From Octopus bimaculoides (Eukaryota): a stretch of 64,000 bases of DNA. A program made the translations under genes and the position numbers. The notes beneath the pieces are model-generated. The model did not search any database. It saw nothing but the letters and a program-made list of their open reading frames with translations, and was not told the origin of the DNA. Below, piece after piece: positions 62,410-64,000 of this stretch (its first letter is position 1; the number at the start of each line of letters is the position of its first letter). The stretch lies in the NCBI RefSeq assembly GCF_001194135.2, contig NC_068993.1:53532017-53596016 (forward strand), in the 5' to 3' direction.

Positions 62410-62699
62410 GTACATATATATGTGTGTCTTTGTGTTTGTGTTTGACAGTGGTATTTTCTTGTTTACTTCCCCGTAACTTAGACGTTCTCTATACCTGCCG
62501 TCCGACACTGTTGGAAGGCAGGTTTAAAGAGGGCGCGGGCTAAAACTACGCGCCCTTCCCCTCCATTGGTCAGTTGAAGCTTAGACAGTGTCACGTGACA
62601 GTTGGCTGGTGCTGGCTGCTGGAGCCTACCGGCGAGTATTTAAAGGGAAATTTGGTAGGATGGTCAGTCGCCCGGTTACATTCGTTGACGCTGCATCGA

Positions 62700-62910
62700 A
62701 GAAGTCACAGAACAGAAGAAAGAAGAAACGCTTAGCGGCATTTCATCCGTTTTTACGTTCTGAGTACAAATTCCGCTGGGGTCGACTTCGCCTTTCATCC
62801 TTCCGGGGTTGGTAAAATAAATATCAGTTGAACACTAGGAGTCCATGTAATCGACTTACCCTACTCACCCAGATTTTCTGGCCTTGTGCCAAAATCTGAA
62901 ACCAATATTA
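62700..62910 (+). mobile_element. SINE family A
   Basis: GCTTAGCGGCATTTCATCCG..GGTCGACTTCGCCTTTCATCCTTCCGGGG..CCAAAATCTGAAACCAATATTA. Confidence 0.8.
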
Positions 62911-63043
62911 GCATTGGTGCGTCGTCGAAAACTGAGTCTTTGGAATAGCTTACGCTATATCTCAGGAGGTAACGTCAGCAAATTGTCTTCTAGTCTTAAT
63001 TGACTTTACGAGAGTCTCGTGGGATTTGAACACAACCTCACAA

Positions 63044-63122
<79 letters not shown>

Positions 63123-63435
63123 AAGAGTTAAACTGTTGGCGAGAAATAGTCGGGATTGTGTACAATAAAAGCAAATTCGACATTTCTTTGTAGCTGAACT
63201 TCCATCTCCTCGTACATTGGCAGTGTTGTTCAAATATGGTAAAGTGTTTGAGTTAGTTAATAATTAGTTGGTCACTCAGCAGATAACTGGTCAGTAATGA
63301 AGCAACTTAGTGACATTACTCTTTTTACATGAGTGCAATATTTTTAAATGACCTTATAGTTCTTATCTTGACTCACTGGGCTTTCAAAATATTTTTATTT
63401 CATGTCATATAGTCATATAATACTATCAAATCTAG

Positions 63436-63723
<288 letters not shown>

Positions 63724-63906
63724 TGATTCAACTTAGTAGGTTGACGGAAACCGAACTTGGTATTTCTCTTTAAAATGGAACCAACCTGAATAAAGAAAAG
63801 TCTTTTATAACACTGAAAAGACTTCTTCCTCAGACGTTCATACTTGTGTCTGTATACAAATATGTATACAGTCCAAATTTCAGGCATCTTGCTTCCAGTA
63901 GAAAGG

Positions 63907-64000
<94 letters not shown>

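Overview
Eukaryotic, AT-rich, microsatellite-dense draft genomic DNA with about 15 N-gaps. The SINE families look like those I recall from octopod cephalopods; this is an inference, not verified. There are two spliced + strand genes. (1) The last four coding exons of a MOSPD2-like gene (577-4534; MSP domain, short linker, C-terminal TM helix). (2) A beta-tubulin gene whose first six coding exons (codons 1-325) span 14375-63703, with 17.6 kb and 22.7 kb introns, continuing past the window end. The rest is SINEs, a MITE, decayed transposase/LINE fragments and simple repeats. Nearly all ORFs in the supplied track are repeat or gap artefacts. Top finding: a ~310-345 bp element present twice (5683-6027 +, 61759-62069 -). 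It combines a tRNA-like Pol III head, a Penelope-type minimal hammerhead ribozyme motif, an inverted copy of its own 3' tail, and 12-bp target-site duplications, i.e. a candidate Penelope-mobilised ribozyme-SINE. Other notable items: a third hammerhead-like motif (41127-41174), a pre-miRNA-like hairpin in tubulin intron 5 (56735-56804), clustered substitutions in the tubulin colchicine pocket and GTP loop, and several Ile codons one A-to-I edit away from canonical residues.
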